A stretch of DNA of 64,000 bases from Octopus vulgaris (Eukaryota). The notes under the pieces were generated by a model that was given only the letters and a program-made list of their open reading frames with translations, had not been told where the DNA came from and made no database searches. The translations under genes were made by a program, and so were the position numbers. Below, piece by piece: positions 12,245 to 23,996 of this stretch (within the stretch, counting starts at the first letter, position 1; the number at the start of each line of letters is the position of its first letter). The stretch is from positions 113,956,001-114,020,000 of the forward strand of contig OX597819.1 of assembly GCA_951406725.2 (NCBI GenBank), in the 5' to 3' direction.

Positions 12245-12328
12245 CTAAAATAGAAACAAATGAATAAAGATTTAAAGGTGAACACTTCCGATAGCAAAGA
12301 AAGAATATAAAAGCAACAAGAGATTCAC

Positions 12329-12620
12329 CATCATCATGGTTTAACGTCTGCTTTCCATGCTGGCATGGGTTGGATGGTTTGACTGAGGGCTGGCAAGCCA
12401 GAAGGCTGCACCAAGCTCCAATCTGATCTGGCAGAGTTTCTATAGCTGGATGCCCTTCCTAACGCCAACCACTCCGAGAGCCAGTCAGGCAGCACTGGCA
12501 ATGACCATGCTTGAATGGTGATTTTTACGTGCCACCGGCACAGGAGCCAATCAGGCGACACAGGCAAAGATCATGCTCGAATGGTGCTTTTTACATGCCA
12601 CCGGGACAAGAGCCATTTAG
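12329..12620 (-). mobile_element. RTE 3' tail (family B) copy
   Basis: (CAT)n end, conserved tail and gtgccaccggcac repeats. Confidence 0.8.
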
Positions 12621-13171
12621 ACAAATACTTTCTCTTTGTCATGAACTGGACAACACCTTGAAACTGATGGGTGGTGGTGGTAGTTGTTGTTTGGCCCCTG
12701 ATTTCACATGATCAAATGGACCTACAAATAAAATGAATTTTGACTTCCTAAAACTAACCAAGTTGTCTTTCCTTAAGACACTAGGATATGACTGGAGGGA
12801 AATTTGATTACTATTTCCAGTAGGCCAAGCAACTACATAGGGGTTTACTTCTTGACTCGATGATGCAACCATTTATTGAATATGAAGATATACATTGGAT
12901 TTATAAGGTTTTAAACTGCAACACATTCTGTTAGTGAGTTATCATTGATCATGAAAATTTTTTAAGTCCACATCATTTATACGGGTGGGGTACAGTCAAT
13001 AAATAGATTACAATACACAACTGATACTTGTTTAAAATTTTTAAATCAATAGTGAAAGAGATACAAGGCAAAGTCGACTCGAGGGATTTGAACTCAGATA
13101 AAGTTACATGAGCTTTCTACTGTTTCTGCTATTAAACAACCTAAGAGAAAAACTGGAGCAGGATCTACTGA

Positions 13172-13475
13172 CATCATCATCATCATTTAACGTCCGTTTT
13201 CCATGCTAGCATGGATTGGACGGTTCGACCAGGTTCTGGGAAGCCAGGAGGCTGCACCAGGCTCCAGTCTGATCTGGCAGTGTTTCTACAGCTGGATGCC
13301 CTTCCTAACGCCAATCACTCAGAGTGTAGTGGGTGCTTTTTATGTGTCACTGGCAAAGGGGCCAGAGGAGGCTGGCAACGGCCACAACCAGTTGGTGCTT
13401 TTTACGTGCCACCGGCACGGAAGCCAGCCAAGGCGGTGCTGGCATCAGCCACATTCGGATGTTGCTTTTTTACAT
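13172..13475 (-). mobile_element. RTE 3' tail (family B) copy
   Basis: Same motifs as other family B copies; explains ORFs 13203-13568, 13211-13540 and 13333-13521. Confidence 0.8.
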
Positions 13476-14514
13476 GCCACATTCTGCAATATCTGTGGTC
13501 ATGGTTTACCGGCATCTTTGATGAAAGAGCAAAGCTTTAAAGTTACTTCATTAAATTTGCACAATTAAAAAGAAGAAAACTACTTGCATACACATGATTA
13601 AAAAGAGAGAGATAACAGAGATAACAGAAGTCCTAATTTTGGAGATGGGGTGGTTTATCAAATCACCCCACCATGAATACTTGATAGTTGGAAGGATGAA
13701 TAGCAAATCTGACCTTGGATTTGAGCTCAAAATGCAACCTAAGCATTTCGTTTGATATTCTACCAATTTTGTCACTCCATAGCCCTTAAAATAAAGACTT
13801 CTGATGTTGGCACAAGGCCAGCAATTTTGAAGGGAGGGAGTTCATTGATTGTATTAACCCCAGTATTTCATTGACACTTTATTTTAAGAACCTTGAAAGG
13901 ATAAACAGTAAAGTTAGTCTCAACAAGATTTGAACTCAGAACAAAGGGCCCAAACAAATATTGCATTTGACATGGTCACACAATATACTTGAAATTGCAG
14001 CCAAATCCCATTCAAATCAAACTGTATCATCTTTAAAAAAAAAAGACACTGAAATGTGTTGTAAATATACAAAAAGATGGGATGGTCATGGTTGGCATAT
14101 TTTTGGTCAAGTTTGACCAGAGTCACATACACACAGAGTATCAACCTATGTATAGATGGGGAAATTGTGAAAAATATTAATTTATGATATTCCTAATTTT
14201 ACAATAATTACAAATGCCATTCAATTTTCAAAATTTTCTTTATTGTTTTTCGAATTCTTGGCTGTAACTATAATTAAGTTAATCAATACTGAATTAGCAA
14301 TATTGATTTACACTGAATCTGTCTTACCCCACCTCTACTGTCGGACCACTTGAAAATCATTCCATTGATATTTGAGGAGGTGGGGAAAGAGGTTTCATCA
14401 TTAACCACAAAAGAGACCCCCACCACCTCTATGTGGTCACTTGACTTGCTAGAAATAGCAGCCTACTATCTGAACTACAAAGATACATTGGACAATAGAA
14501 TTTATATATATATA

Positions 14515-14915
14515 GGCGCAAGAATTGGCTATGTGGTAAGTAGCTTGCTAACCAACCACATGGTTCCAGGTTCAATCCCACTGCGTGGCATCTTGGGTAA
14601 GTGTCTTCTGCTATAGCCCCGAGCCGACCAATGCCTTGTGAGTGGATTTGGTAGACGGAAACTGAAAGAAGCCTGTCGTATATATGTATATACATATATA
14701 TATATATGTGTGTTTGTGTGTCTGTGTTTCTTCCCCTAGCATTGCTTGACAACCGATGCTGGTGTGTTTACGTCCCCATAACTTAGCGGTTCGGCAAAAG
14801 AGACAGATAGAATAAGTACTGGGCTTACAAAGAATAAGTCCCAGGGTCAATTTGCTCGACTAAAGACGGTGCTCCAGCATGGCCGCAGTCAAATGACTGA
14901 AACAAGTAAAAGAGA
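14515..14915 (+). mobile_element. Full-length tRNA-derived SINE family A
   Basis: A box (TGGCTATGTGG), B box (GGTTCAATCCC), cttgggtaagtgtctt central domain, internal (TA)n/(TG)n and a TAAAAGAG tail. Confidence 0.85.
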
Positions 14916-14965
14916 AATATATATAACTATATATATGAGCATTTATATGTGTATACATATATATA

Positions 14966-16553
14966 TTGGGTCATCTCATAAATAATGTGGCTTTTCTTCA
15001 ATTGTCAGAAGGGGATGTGATGAAATACCTGCATCAGCTTGCTATAAAAGCAGTGCAAGTTTCGAAGAGTACAGTTCGATTTTAACAGTTATTTTTTCAA
15101 AGCTATAACGGAGGTGACAAAGGAGCATATTTTGCAACAACGCAATGGAAAGTGCAAGGAATATTAATGTAGTATATGGGGATCTGACAATAAGCGTAAG
15201 CCAGCATCAACGGTGGTTCCAGAAATTCTGAACCAGGAACTATAGCTTAGGAGATCTGTAGAGCTTGACAAGGACGTCCTGCAAACCCTGGTGGAATAAA
15301 ATCCCATAGTAACTGTTGAAGAACTAGCAGAGAAGCTTGAATTTGGTCATTCAACCATTCATTAACACCTGCGTGCTATCAGAAAAGTCAGCAAATTGGG
15401 TCAATGGCTTCCTCACAAACTTTCTGAGTCTAATCGCATGCAAAGAGTGAATGTGTGCTCTTCTTTGCTGTCACATCTAACAAATGGATCGTTTTTGGAC
15501 CTAATAGCGAATGTTTATGAGAAATGGGTTCTCTATAAAAATGTAAAGCGCTGTAGTGATGCTACTGTGTAGGGTTCAGCACGCATGCGCAGAATGGGAC
15601 TACTTCCGGGTGACCACCGGAAGTCTTCCCCATGCGCATGTGCGGGAAACGTTCCCTTACCCGCCAAAACTCAAATCTATCTCTCCGGCTCCACAGCTCA
15701 TCGCGATCGGACGTACATTCAACAGGCTCTGACAACCTCCCGACATAGCCGCCAACGACCACCAACAAACTTCAACAAACTAACAAGAAGCTGCACATCA
15801 GAGGTTGTCCTTCTCCCATCAGACACACGTACGACATCGCAATAAATAAACGAACTGCTGTCTTTTTACCTACAACCTGACTTCGTCTGTATTGTCTTAT
15901 AAAATTGTATGTGACTAGATCGGATATCGACACCCTTTCAGTGAATCGATAATAGATCCTTCGTTACAGCGCCAAAGACAGAGGGTAGGGAAAGGAGAAA
16001 CAAAAGCACCCCAGGCTAAAGAAGGTCTTCATCCATCTAAGGTGTTATCTGTTTCATGAGATATGAAAGGTTTAGCCCACTTTGAACTTTTAAACCCAAA
16101 CCAAATGATAAGAAAGTAGATCTACTGCAAGCAGCTTAAGTCAACCATGGTTTCAAGATGAAAGATGTTCTTCCATCAGGATAATGCTCAGCCACGTATG
16201 GCGAGGACGACATTCCAAAGGCTGGAACAGTTTGAATGGGAAACCATACCCCACCAACCATATTCGCTGGACATTGCCCCATCAGATTATCATTTATTCT
16301 GCAGTCATCAAAATCATTTGGGCAGAAAAAATATGAACTCTGAAGATGAGGTCAGAACAGTACTGGAGGAGTATTTTTCATAACAGACAAGTGAATTTTG
16401 TAAGAGAGGCCTTGCAAGTCTACAAGATAGATGGAAGAGCATTGTAGATAAAGATGGAGAGTACATTTTAGATTTTAAAAAACACTTTGTTTATATTAAT
16501 TTTGAAAAATAAAAGAAGTATAAAAAAACCACATTATTTACAAGATGACCCAA
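14966..16553 (+). mobile_element. Near full-length defective mariner transposon interrupted by a solo LTR
   Basis: TA-flanked TIRs TTGGGTCATCTCATAAATAATGTGG / CCACATTATTTACAAGATGACCCAA. Motifs WLPHKL, EKWVLYKNVKR, FHQDNAQP and YSLDIAPSDYHLF, with stops and frameshifts. Confidence 0.93.
15552..15968 (+). mobile_element. Solo LTR, 417 bp, probably Ty3/gypsy-type
   Basis: TGTAGTGA...TCGTTACA ends, 4-bp TSD GCGC (15548-15551, 15969-15972), AATAAA at 15841. Removing it restores the mariner frame NVKRQRQ. Confidence 0.88.
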
Positions 16554-16564
16554 TACATATGTGT

Positions 16565-17214
16565 ATGAAAGTTGTCATGGTGATACCTATTCAGAGGCCT
16601 CAAAATTGCAGAAAGTGTATGAGTGGGTCATATGTTTCCAAGATGGTCGAAAAAATGTCGATATTGACAAACATTCTGAGAGGCCCACAACCAGCAGAAC
16701 TGCGAAAACCATCACAGATGTGCACGCAGCTGTGAGGGTAAATCATCAAATCACCATCCATGAGTTATAAGAGGATGTGTAGATTAACTACGGTTCAGTT
16801 CAGTCCATTATCACTGAAGATTTGGGTATGAGATGCATGTCTGCCAAGTTTGTGCCAAAACTGCTTTCAGCTGACCAAAAAGACACTTGGGTTTCAGTTG
16901 CACAAGATCTCCTTGATTGTGTTGAGAACAATGAAAACTTTGTGTAGGCCCCTGAGCAGGTATTGCCAAGCTTTTGGCAAATTTTGATACAGATTTTCTG
17001 CTCAACTTTCTCTGTCATAGTCTCAATGTGACAATCATACACTACACACTTTCCTTCCAAGCACTGCTGTAAACAGCAGAAGTGAGCTAGAACGTTAAAA
17101 CTTAGTGTGTATGCACAGCAGAGTTCAAGATCAATCTGTGCCAAGCAGCTTCACTCTTCGTGCTTTAGCTTCATTACTATGGTAACAGTCTGGATACTTA
17201 TTGATCAGACCGTG
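16565..17214. mobile_element. Rearranged fragments of a second mariner family
   Basis: The + strand gives VYEW...GRKNVDIDKHSERPTTS...SAKFVPKLL; the - strand gives a TIR (TA|CACGGTCTGATCAATAAGTATCCAGACT) and the N-terminus MTEKVEQKICIKICQKLG. Confidence 0.8.
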
Positions 17215-18787
17215 TATATTTACTGGAATGGTCATGATTGATCATAGATCTGCCCAGTGAAGGACAACCTGTGGTCAAACAATGATAGTCAAGGGGATGT
17301 TAAGGTTAGATAGATAAAGTATACACCTTCATTTCAGCTTTTTATATTTTTATTACCTATCCTTTGACTTACTCTTTATCTTAACAACAAGAGGAGGAAC
17401 AGGGGGTGATTTTGTCTTTCAAACTTTTGTAGAAGTACCAGATCTGATTTAATTATTAGTGCCCCATACTCAGTAAAAAAATATTTCTTGACCTTGTGCC
17501 AATAGGAGGAATCATTGTCATTGTTGTGGCAGCAACCACCACCACTATCGTGCTAACTATAATAATAAAGATATCATCATCAATTATCATTGTTTCTATT
17601 GTAACTAATAGTTGTTTTTCTTTTAAATAGAATAGAGATCTCTTCTTTCAAGTCTCAACAGTCTGAGAAATATGACCAATGTGTGTGTGTGTGTGTGTGC
17701 GTGTGTGTGCATAAGAGACAAAATGACAGCAAAACAGAGGGAGAGGAACTAAATTTGCTATATTTCTTACACACACACCTCATCATCATACATATTTGCA
17801 ATGAATTGGATGGTCATATTCAGTACAATATCTTGTCCACTCAAATTGTCTTTCGTCATCTCTTTTATGGAGTTTACCTCCTGTGATTAGCTTTCACCAC
17901 TTTGTCCCATGTCTTCCTCTCCAGCAGGTTTCTTCCATTTCTTAACCCAACTGTCTTCCTCCAGACACATCACATAGCCAACCAACATGGTCTTTTCTCA
18001 TGCCATGCTTACTACATCTTCATTCCTTTTATATCCTGTTTAACTCTCAGCTCATTTGTCCTCTAGCATTCATTCACTCAAGTATTTTATATCTAGCAGA
18101 GAACATTGCTTGCCACATTTCTCTCCAGCTTTCTCACATAATAATTTGCATTCCATACAATATCAAGCCAGTGGAGGCAATAGATTCCTGAATTTCTTAA
18201 CTCTATACTTACTCTAGCTAACACCTTCCTCCATTGCTAATTAGGACACCTAGGTAATAGTGGGAATCAGCTAAAAGGGGTGACAATTAAAAATGGCATC
18301 CTGTCATAAAATGTTACCTCAAAAATCTTCTCCATACCAGCATAGGAAAAGTAATATGACGATGATGTATAAAGTACAGAAGACTTAATTTCATCTTAAC
18401 CTTTTCTAAGTTAAGGAAGAAGACAACAGAAATATTAATATTATCGGTGTGATTTCATAATTCTCACCTGACATTTAATCGCCCGAGATAAGGTGAAAGA
18501 CAAAGTTGGTTTTAAAAAAGTACAAACATAAAAGGAAACAAAAATCTTCAGCTTCATTTATCAAGAGGAAAGGTAATCAACGCATGAAAGATAGAGAGAA
18601 AGAAAGAATAAGAGAAGGAAGGGAATGGAGTAGAAAGAGAATGACTCAGGTACTGGCCCAGTTCATCAGGGATAACTGATGCAAACAGAATGCTGTGATA
18701 TGCAAGACCGCACTAAAATACAACTATATCATGTAAGATTGGTCAATGCCTGTAAAATATTGTGACATAGTAGCATTTATTTAAAAT

Positions 18788-19050
18788 GCCTGTAATTACT
18801 GTTGCTTCCAACACATGGGACATGGCTGTTTTAACAACCAACCTTATCCCATTGCAGAGTCTGGGTGCATCAAGGTTTCTCAATAGCATTGTGGGAGCAC
18901 CTGTTTTCATGATCAGAATGTGGTGAAAATCCTGGTGGGTGAAGTGAATTGGGGAACTCCACAGGGTAATACGTTGCCTGTTCTTGATCAGGGACAGGGT
19001 CAATTGATCTGTATGAACATTCAGGTCCTGGAAACTGAGACAATAAATTT
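18788..19050 (-). mobile_element. Helitron PIF1-like helicase fragment
   Basis: YRSIDPVPDQEQATYYPVEFPNSLHPPGFSPH, then frameshifted KTGAPTMLLRNLDAPRLCNGIRLVVK...EATVITG, typical of Helitron/PIF1 LLRNL..LCNGTRL. Confidence 0.88.
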
Positions 19051-19919
19051 AGACCACAAATAGATGGGAAACTGGTGTCATCAAATGTCCCGGTGGCTTT
19101 CTGGAAGTTGTAGATGAATTTTTGCTATCTAGGTGACCTAATTAGCAGTGGTTAAGGTTGTACAGAAAGTGTAATTGCTAGAATAAGGATAGAACAAAGA
19201 AAGTTCGGAGAGCTTTTACTTCTCTCTCTCTCTCTCTCCAAGTGAAGGGAAGATTGTATGATGCTGCATGGTAGTGAGACGTGGGCCCTGAATTTGGAGA
19301 AAATGTGAGGGCTGGAGAGGAACAAAATTGCTATGTTCCACTGGATGTGTGATGTCAGTGTGCATGCATAACAGAGCACCGGTGTATTGAGAGAGAAGTT
19401 GGGTATCAGAGGAATTATATGCAGTGTGCAAGAGAGGAGACTGCTGGTTTGGTTATGTGATGCAGATTGATGAAGACGGCTGCATAAAGAAGTGTTGATC
19501 ACTTAAAGTGGAGGGAAGTTGTAGAAGAGGGAGACCAAGGAAAACATGAGATAAAGTACTGAAGGCTGATCTCAAAACACTGAGCCTTATGAAGATGACA
19601 GAGGACCGAGATATGTGGTACACTGCTGTATTACAGAAGACCCACCCACCACAACAGAAATGAGATCCTAAAACCAAGGAATCACACAAACAACATTGGT
19701 GTGGATGCTGATCGACATAAAGAGCACTGGTGCTGGTGATAGTGCCGCATAAAAAGCACCCAGTACACTCTGTAAAGTGGGTGGCATTAGGAAGGGTGTC
19801 AAGCCATAGAAACCAAGCCAAAATAAACTATGGAACCTAATGTGGACCCCTGGCCTTGCCAGTTCCTGTAAAGCTGTCCAACTCATATCAGCATGGAAAA
19901 CAGGCATTAAATGATGATG
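19051..19919 (+). mobile_element. 5'-truncated RTE-clade LINE (ORF C-terminus + 3' UTR + GAT tail)
   Basis: HGSETWAL, LREKLGIRGI, RRGRPRKT and MTEDRDMW motifs run into the family B tail. Confidence 0.85.
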
Positions 19920-19959
19920 CAGATTTGTTTATAGCATATATAGTTGTTTATATCTTGAT

Positions 19960-21420
19960 AAATTTTTATTGCATGATGATTATCAGGGGATCAATCTGTT
20001 AATCTGTTTTACATTTTCACAATCATGAAAAAATATTTTTATCATGAACTCCTTTGTTGGTGTAGATTCCCCTTCAGTATCTGGTTATTGAAAAGCATAT
20101 TGTTGCTCCATCTCAACAAAATCTTCATCATCATGAGATGGCAGCAATTCCCTAAATAGATTCCTTGTTAATCTCTTCAAATCCAAGCTGTAATACAAAT
20201 TCTATAATTTATTGAACGAATTCAATCTCAAAGCCTGTAAAATCATTAATAAAATGTGGATTAATTTCTTATGCACACAAATCCCATGTTCTTTGTAGTA
20301 ACTTCATCCCATGCATGGACAATGTTTGTTAGTGATTATTTTATATAAAAACCTCTCTAAAATCCAGTTATTGTCATGGATAAATTTTCTCAACTGTCAT
20401 GGACAAACGCTTTCATAAATAAGTGTTTCTAACATAGACACAAGCCTTGAAATTTTGTGGGAAGAGAACAATCAATTATACTGACCACAGAATTTGACTA
20501 GTACTTTATTTCAGCAACCCTGGGGGGTGGGGATGAAAAATCTAAGTTGGCTTTGATGGTATTTTGACTCAAAGAGGTAGAATGAATGCTGCAAGGTATT
20601 TTCCTCAAAGCTCTACTAATTCTACTAATAATCCACTACCCTAAATAAAATAAAGCTTAAATGAAGAAATCAGAACTTTGTTCATGGGCTGTACCAGTGT
20701 CATTGTATTGGGTGGCAAAAAATAGGATTTTGACATTCTCACATAAATCATCTTCTAGAGCTGTTGATATGAGCATCGCTTAATTGATCAGCATTTACAC
20801 TTTCACTGGCTACACCAACATTACGAAGACTTGAATATATTTTTTGAAATTATCAAACCAGCCAGTGCTTACAGTAAAAGTGAGTCGTCATAACCATTTA
20901 ACATCCATTTTTCCTACTGGCATTAGTTGGATGGTTTGACAAGAGCTGGCGGACCAGAGGACTGCACAGAGTTTCAATGTCTGCTTTGGCATAATTTCTA
21001 CAGCTGGGTACCTCCTTAATGATAAACAGTTTAGAGAATATATTGAGTGCTTTTTGTCATAGGACCAGCACTAGTGAGGTTACCTAGTAACTGCAAAACA
21101 AGACCCACTCCACTCAATGGAGTGTCCGATTTATTTCCACTGTCTGTATACTTTTCCAAACAGGCTCAATACTTTTGCTTAAATGCATTTTAACATATGT
21201 TTATGCATTTCTGGTTACAATCTTTAATTCATATTGATAGTAAACATTCCATTTCAGTCAGTGTAACTAATCATCAACTAGTCATTTGTAAACCAGATGA
21301 CAGAATACTTTGGTCCAATGCATTGTAAACATTTGTGTTTCCACCAACAATCTGCTATCATTCATGAAGTAAGCATGGTCATTTTAGGTGAACTAGAAGG
21401 TTCAGGCTTCCTTTTTTAGT
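19960..21420 (-). mobile_element. Degenerate pogo/Tigger transposase remnant, interrupted by other repeats
   Basis: FTVSTGWFDNFKK, SESVNADQ and NVKILF/LPPNTMTLVQPMNKVLISSFKLYF (compare FLPPNTTSLIQPMDQGVIxxFK) at 20645-20885. Outer boundaries are approximate. Confidence 0.75.
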
Positions 21421-22298
21421 TTAGGTAAAAAATAAAGTATAAATGCTATTTGAAGAAAAGGAGTGAATGTGTACTGTGCATAATGCTTGTACCTCTGGAA
21501 AATTTTGGAATCTGAGGAAATTGATGAGAGTCTGTGTAATCCAGTCATAGAAAATTGATGGATCCAACTACCATGAGGAGTGAAGAATTAGTTAAAGCAT
21601 AAGGATGCTAATTAAGAAAAGCTATGAATGGAACCTGGTAGAGTTGCTGGGGCTGGTTGTGGTGAGTGAGGGAAAAGGATTATAAGGGTGTGGTGTAATG
21701 GGGGGGGTGGGAGACAGGTAGATATGCAGAGAAATTCAGGCAGATAATGATTAAAAGTTGGTCAATGTTCTGGCAATAGAGTTTAGCCTCAAAGGGGATG
21801 GAAGTGAGATCAAATTTTGTGGAAGCATATGTTGAATTAGATGACATTGACAAGGTAGTAGTATAATCAATGGATGTATAAACAGGGGGTAAACTATAAG
21901 GGTAGGCAGGATAGTACCAGGTGTATAATGATAAGACAATTAAAACTTAAAAATTAACTGTAAGGGCAAGGTCATATACAGGAGTGTGGATCTATGAAAA
22001 CTTGCACTAGAATGGAGATGAGAACAACAAAAAGAAGCTGGGATGGTTGGGGAGAAAAGATTCAATGAAAGCTGAGGTGAGTATTCAAGCCTTCAAAAAC
22101 TGAACCCTAAAAATTATGCAACAATTTATGACTCCAGTCTGAAAGCAGTTCACTGCTGTATGGTTAAGTCTTCTATTAGTTTTGTCCATTAAGCATCAGC
22201 ATTTTATAAAGAGAATATGGTTACAAAATAGAAACCACATAAATGGAACTCTGCATTAACTGCAACGATAAACAGCACCTTCCTGAATTAGTGCTATA

Positions 22299-22525
22299 AA
22301 GTAATCCCTCGACTATCGTGAAGTAAAAACAGTACTGTACTCTTTACTCTTTTTACTCTCTTTTATTTGTTTCAGTCATTTGACTGTGGCCATACTGGAG
22401 CACTGCCTTTAGTCGAGCAAATCGACCCCAGGACTTATTCTTTGGAAGCCTAGTACTTATTCTATCGGTCTCCTTTTGCCGAACCGCTAAGTTACGGGGA
22501 CGTAAACACAGACACATAAACATAT

Positions 22526-22564
<39 letters not shown>

Positions 22565-22977
22565 CATATATACGACGGGCTTCTTTCAGTTTCCGTCTAC
22601 CAAATCCACTTACAAGGCTTTGGTCAGCCCGAAGCTATAGTAGAAGACACTTGCCCAAGGTGCCACGCAGTGGGAATGAACCCAGAACTATGTGGTTGGT
22701 AAGCAAGCTACTTACCACACAGCCACTCCTGTGCCTTTGCATATTTTTTTTTATTATTAGTACTGCATATTTTTTTTTTATTTTTATAATTTGCATATTT
22801 TTATTTTATTATAAATGCAAAACCACACCAGAGTGGAATTAATCATCATCATCATTTAAAATCCGTTTTCCATGCTAGCATGGGTTGGATGGTTCGACCG
22901 GGGTCTGGGAAGAGAGACAATGTAAGTTTAAATAATAAGCTGCAATAGGTGAACCGCAATATGGCGAGGGATTACTG
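22299..22977. mobile_element. Tigger-like MITE carrying a nested family A SINE (22339-22735) and a family B fragment (about 22843-22911)
   Basis: Ends AGTAATCCCTCG...CGAGGGATTACTG|TA; same family as 60729-60947, in the opposite orientation. Confidence 0.75.
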
Positions 22978-23592
22978 TACTAGAAGATCTGAACGAAGAA
23001 TACCAATATGCAACTGTGACTCATGTCTATGTTTCGGTATTACTCACCTTGCTACCTGATTAGATAGGAGACAATTCGGCACAGCTGTAGAGACGCTGAT
23101 GGTTTGGCATGGCTGACTGGATGTTTCAGCTTGCTTTGACAACAGTACGTTTTGGTGTTGGAGGCAAACATTGGTATGCACATTCATGTGGAAATATATG
23201 CATACAAATAAGGAGAAGGGGAGGGATTACAGATGCAAACATAACCAGATGCTCATGCATGCAGAGAGAGAGAGGGGAGGAGACAAAGAAACATTAGTAA
23301 TTGAACATGATTGACACAAACACTTTCTTTTTCTTCATACACATAAAGACAAATATGATTACACATATATCTATCTATCTATCTATCTCATGGCCGTTGC
23401 CAGCCTCGTCTGGCAGGTAAAAAGTACCCACTACACTCACGGAGTGGTTGGCATTAGGAAGGGCATCCAGCTGTAGAAACACTGCCAGATCAGACTGGGC
23501 CTGGTGCAGCCTCCTGGCTTCCCAGACCCCAGTTGAACCGTATAACCCATGCTAGCAATGAAAGCGGACGTTAAACGACGATGATGATGATG

Positions 23593-23603
23593 ATATATAT
23601 ATT

Positions 23604-23665
<62 letters not shown>

Positions 23666-23765
23666 GAGAGAGAGCAGAAGAGAGAGAGAGTGGAACAGAA
23701 AGAGAGAGTGGAAGAGAGAGAGAGTGGAACAGAAGAGAGAGAGAGTGGAAGAGAGAGAGACTGAG
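23593..23765. repeat. Compound microsatellite (AT)n(AC)n(AG)n with gagagagtggaa units
   Basis: Directly visible; follows a family B copy at about 23390-23592. Confidence 0.9.
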
Positions 23766-23897
23766 AGAAAATATTAAAGCGTCTGATGTCAAAGAAGTCA
23801 GTGTCAAATCAGTGATGCCAAATAAGTGGTGCCAAAATGGCTGAGCTGAAACATCTCGTAGCCTTGAATAGAGCACCAATATGCAACAAACACTCAC

Positions 23898-23996
23898 CTT
23901 GCTAATATGTAAATCCACTTGAGGCTCTTTAAACCTAATGGTAGTTTTACCTTCACTGATGAAATTACAGAACACTTTCTCCACATTGTCTTTCAC
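23898..23996 (-). CDS. LRR1: LRR1 coding exon 2
   Basis: 99 nt, phase 0/0, CAG acceptor and GTGAGT donor. VKDNVEKVFCNFISEGKTTIRFKEPQVDLHISK resembles human LRENIEQFFTKFVDEGKATVRLKEPPVDICLSK. Confidence 0.94.

Noticed and set aside
14515-14590. tRNA genes at SINE heads (also 31300, 34645, 59131)
   Set aside because: A/B box-like motifs are present, but I could not build a cloverleaf and each runs straight into a SINE body.
18743-19003. Host PIF1 helicase exon nested in LRR1
   Set aside because: Frameshifted isolated fragment abutting an RTE piece; fits a Helitron remnant.
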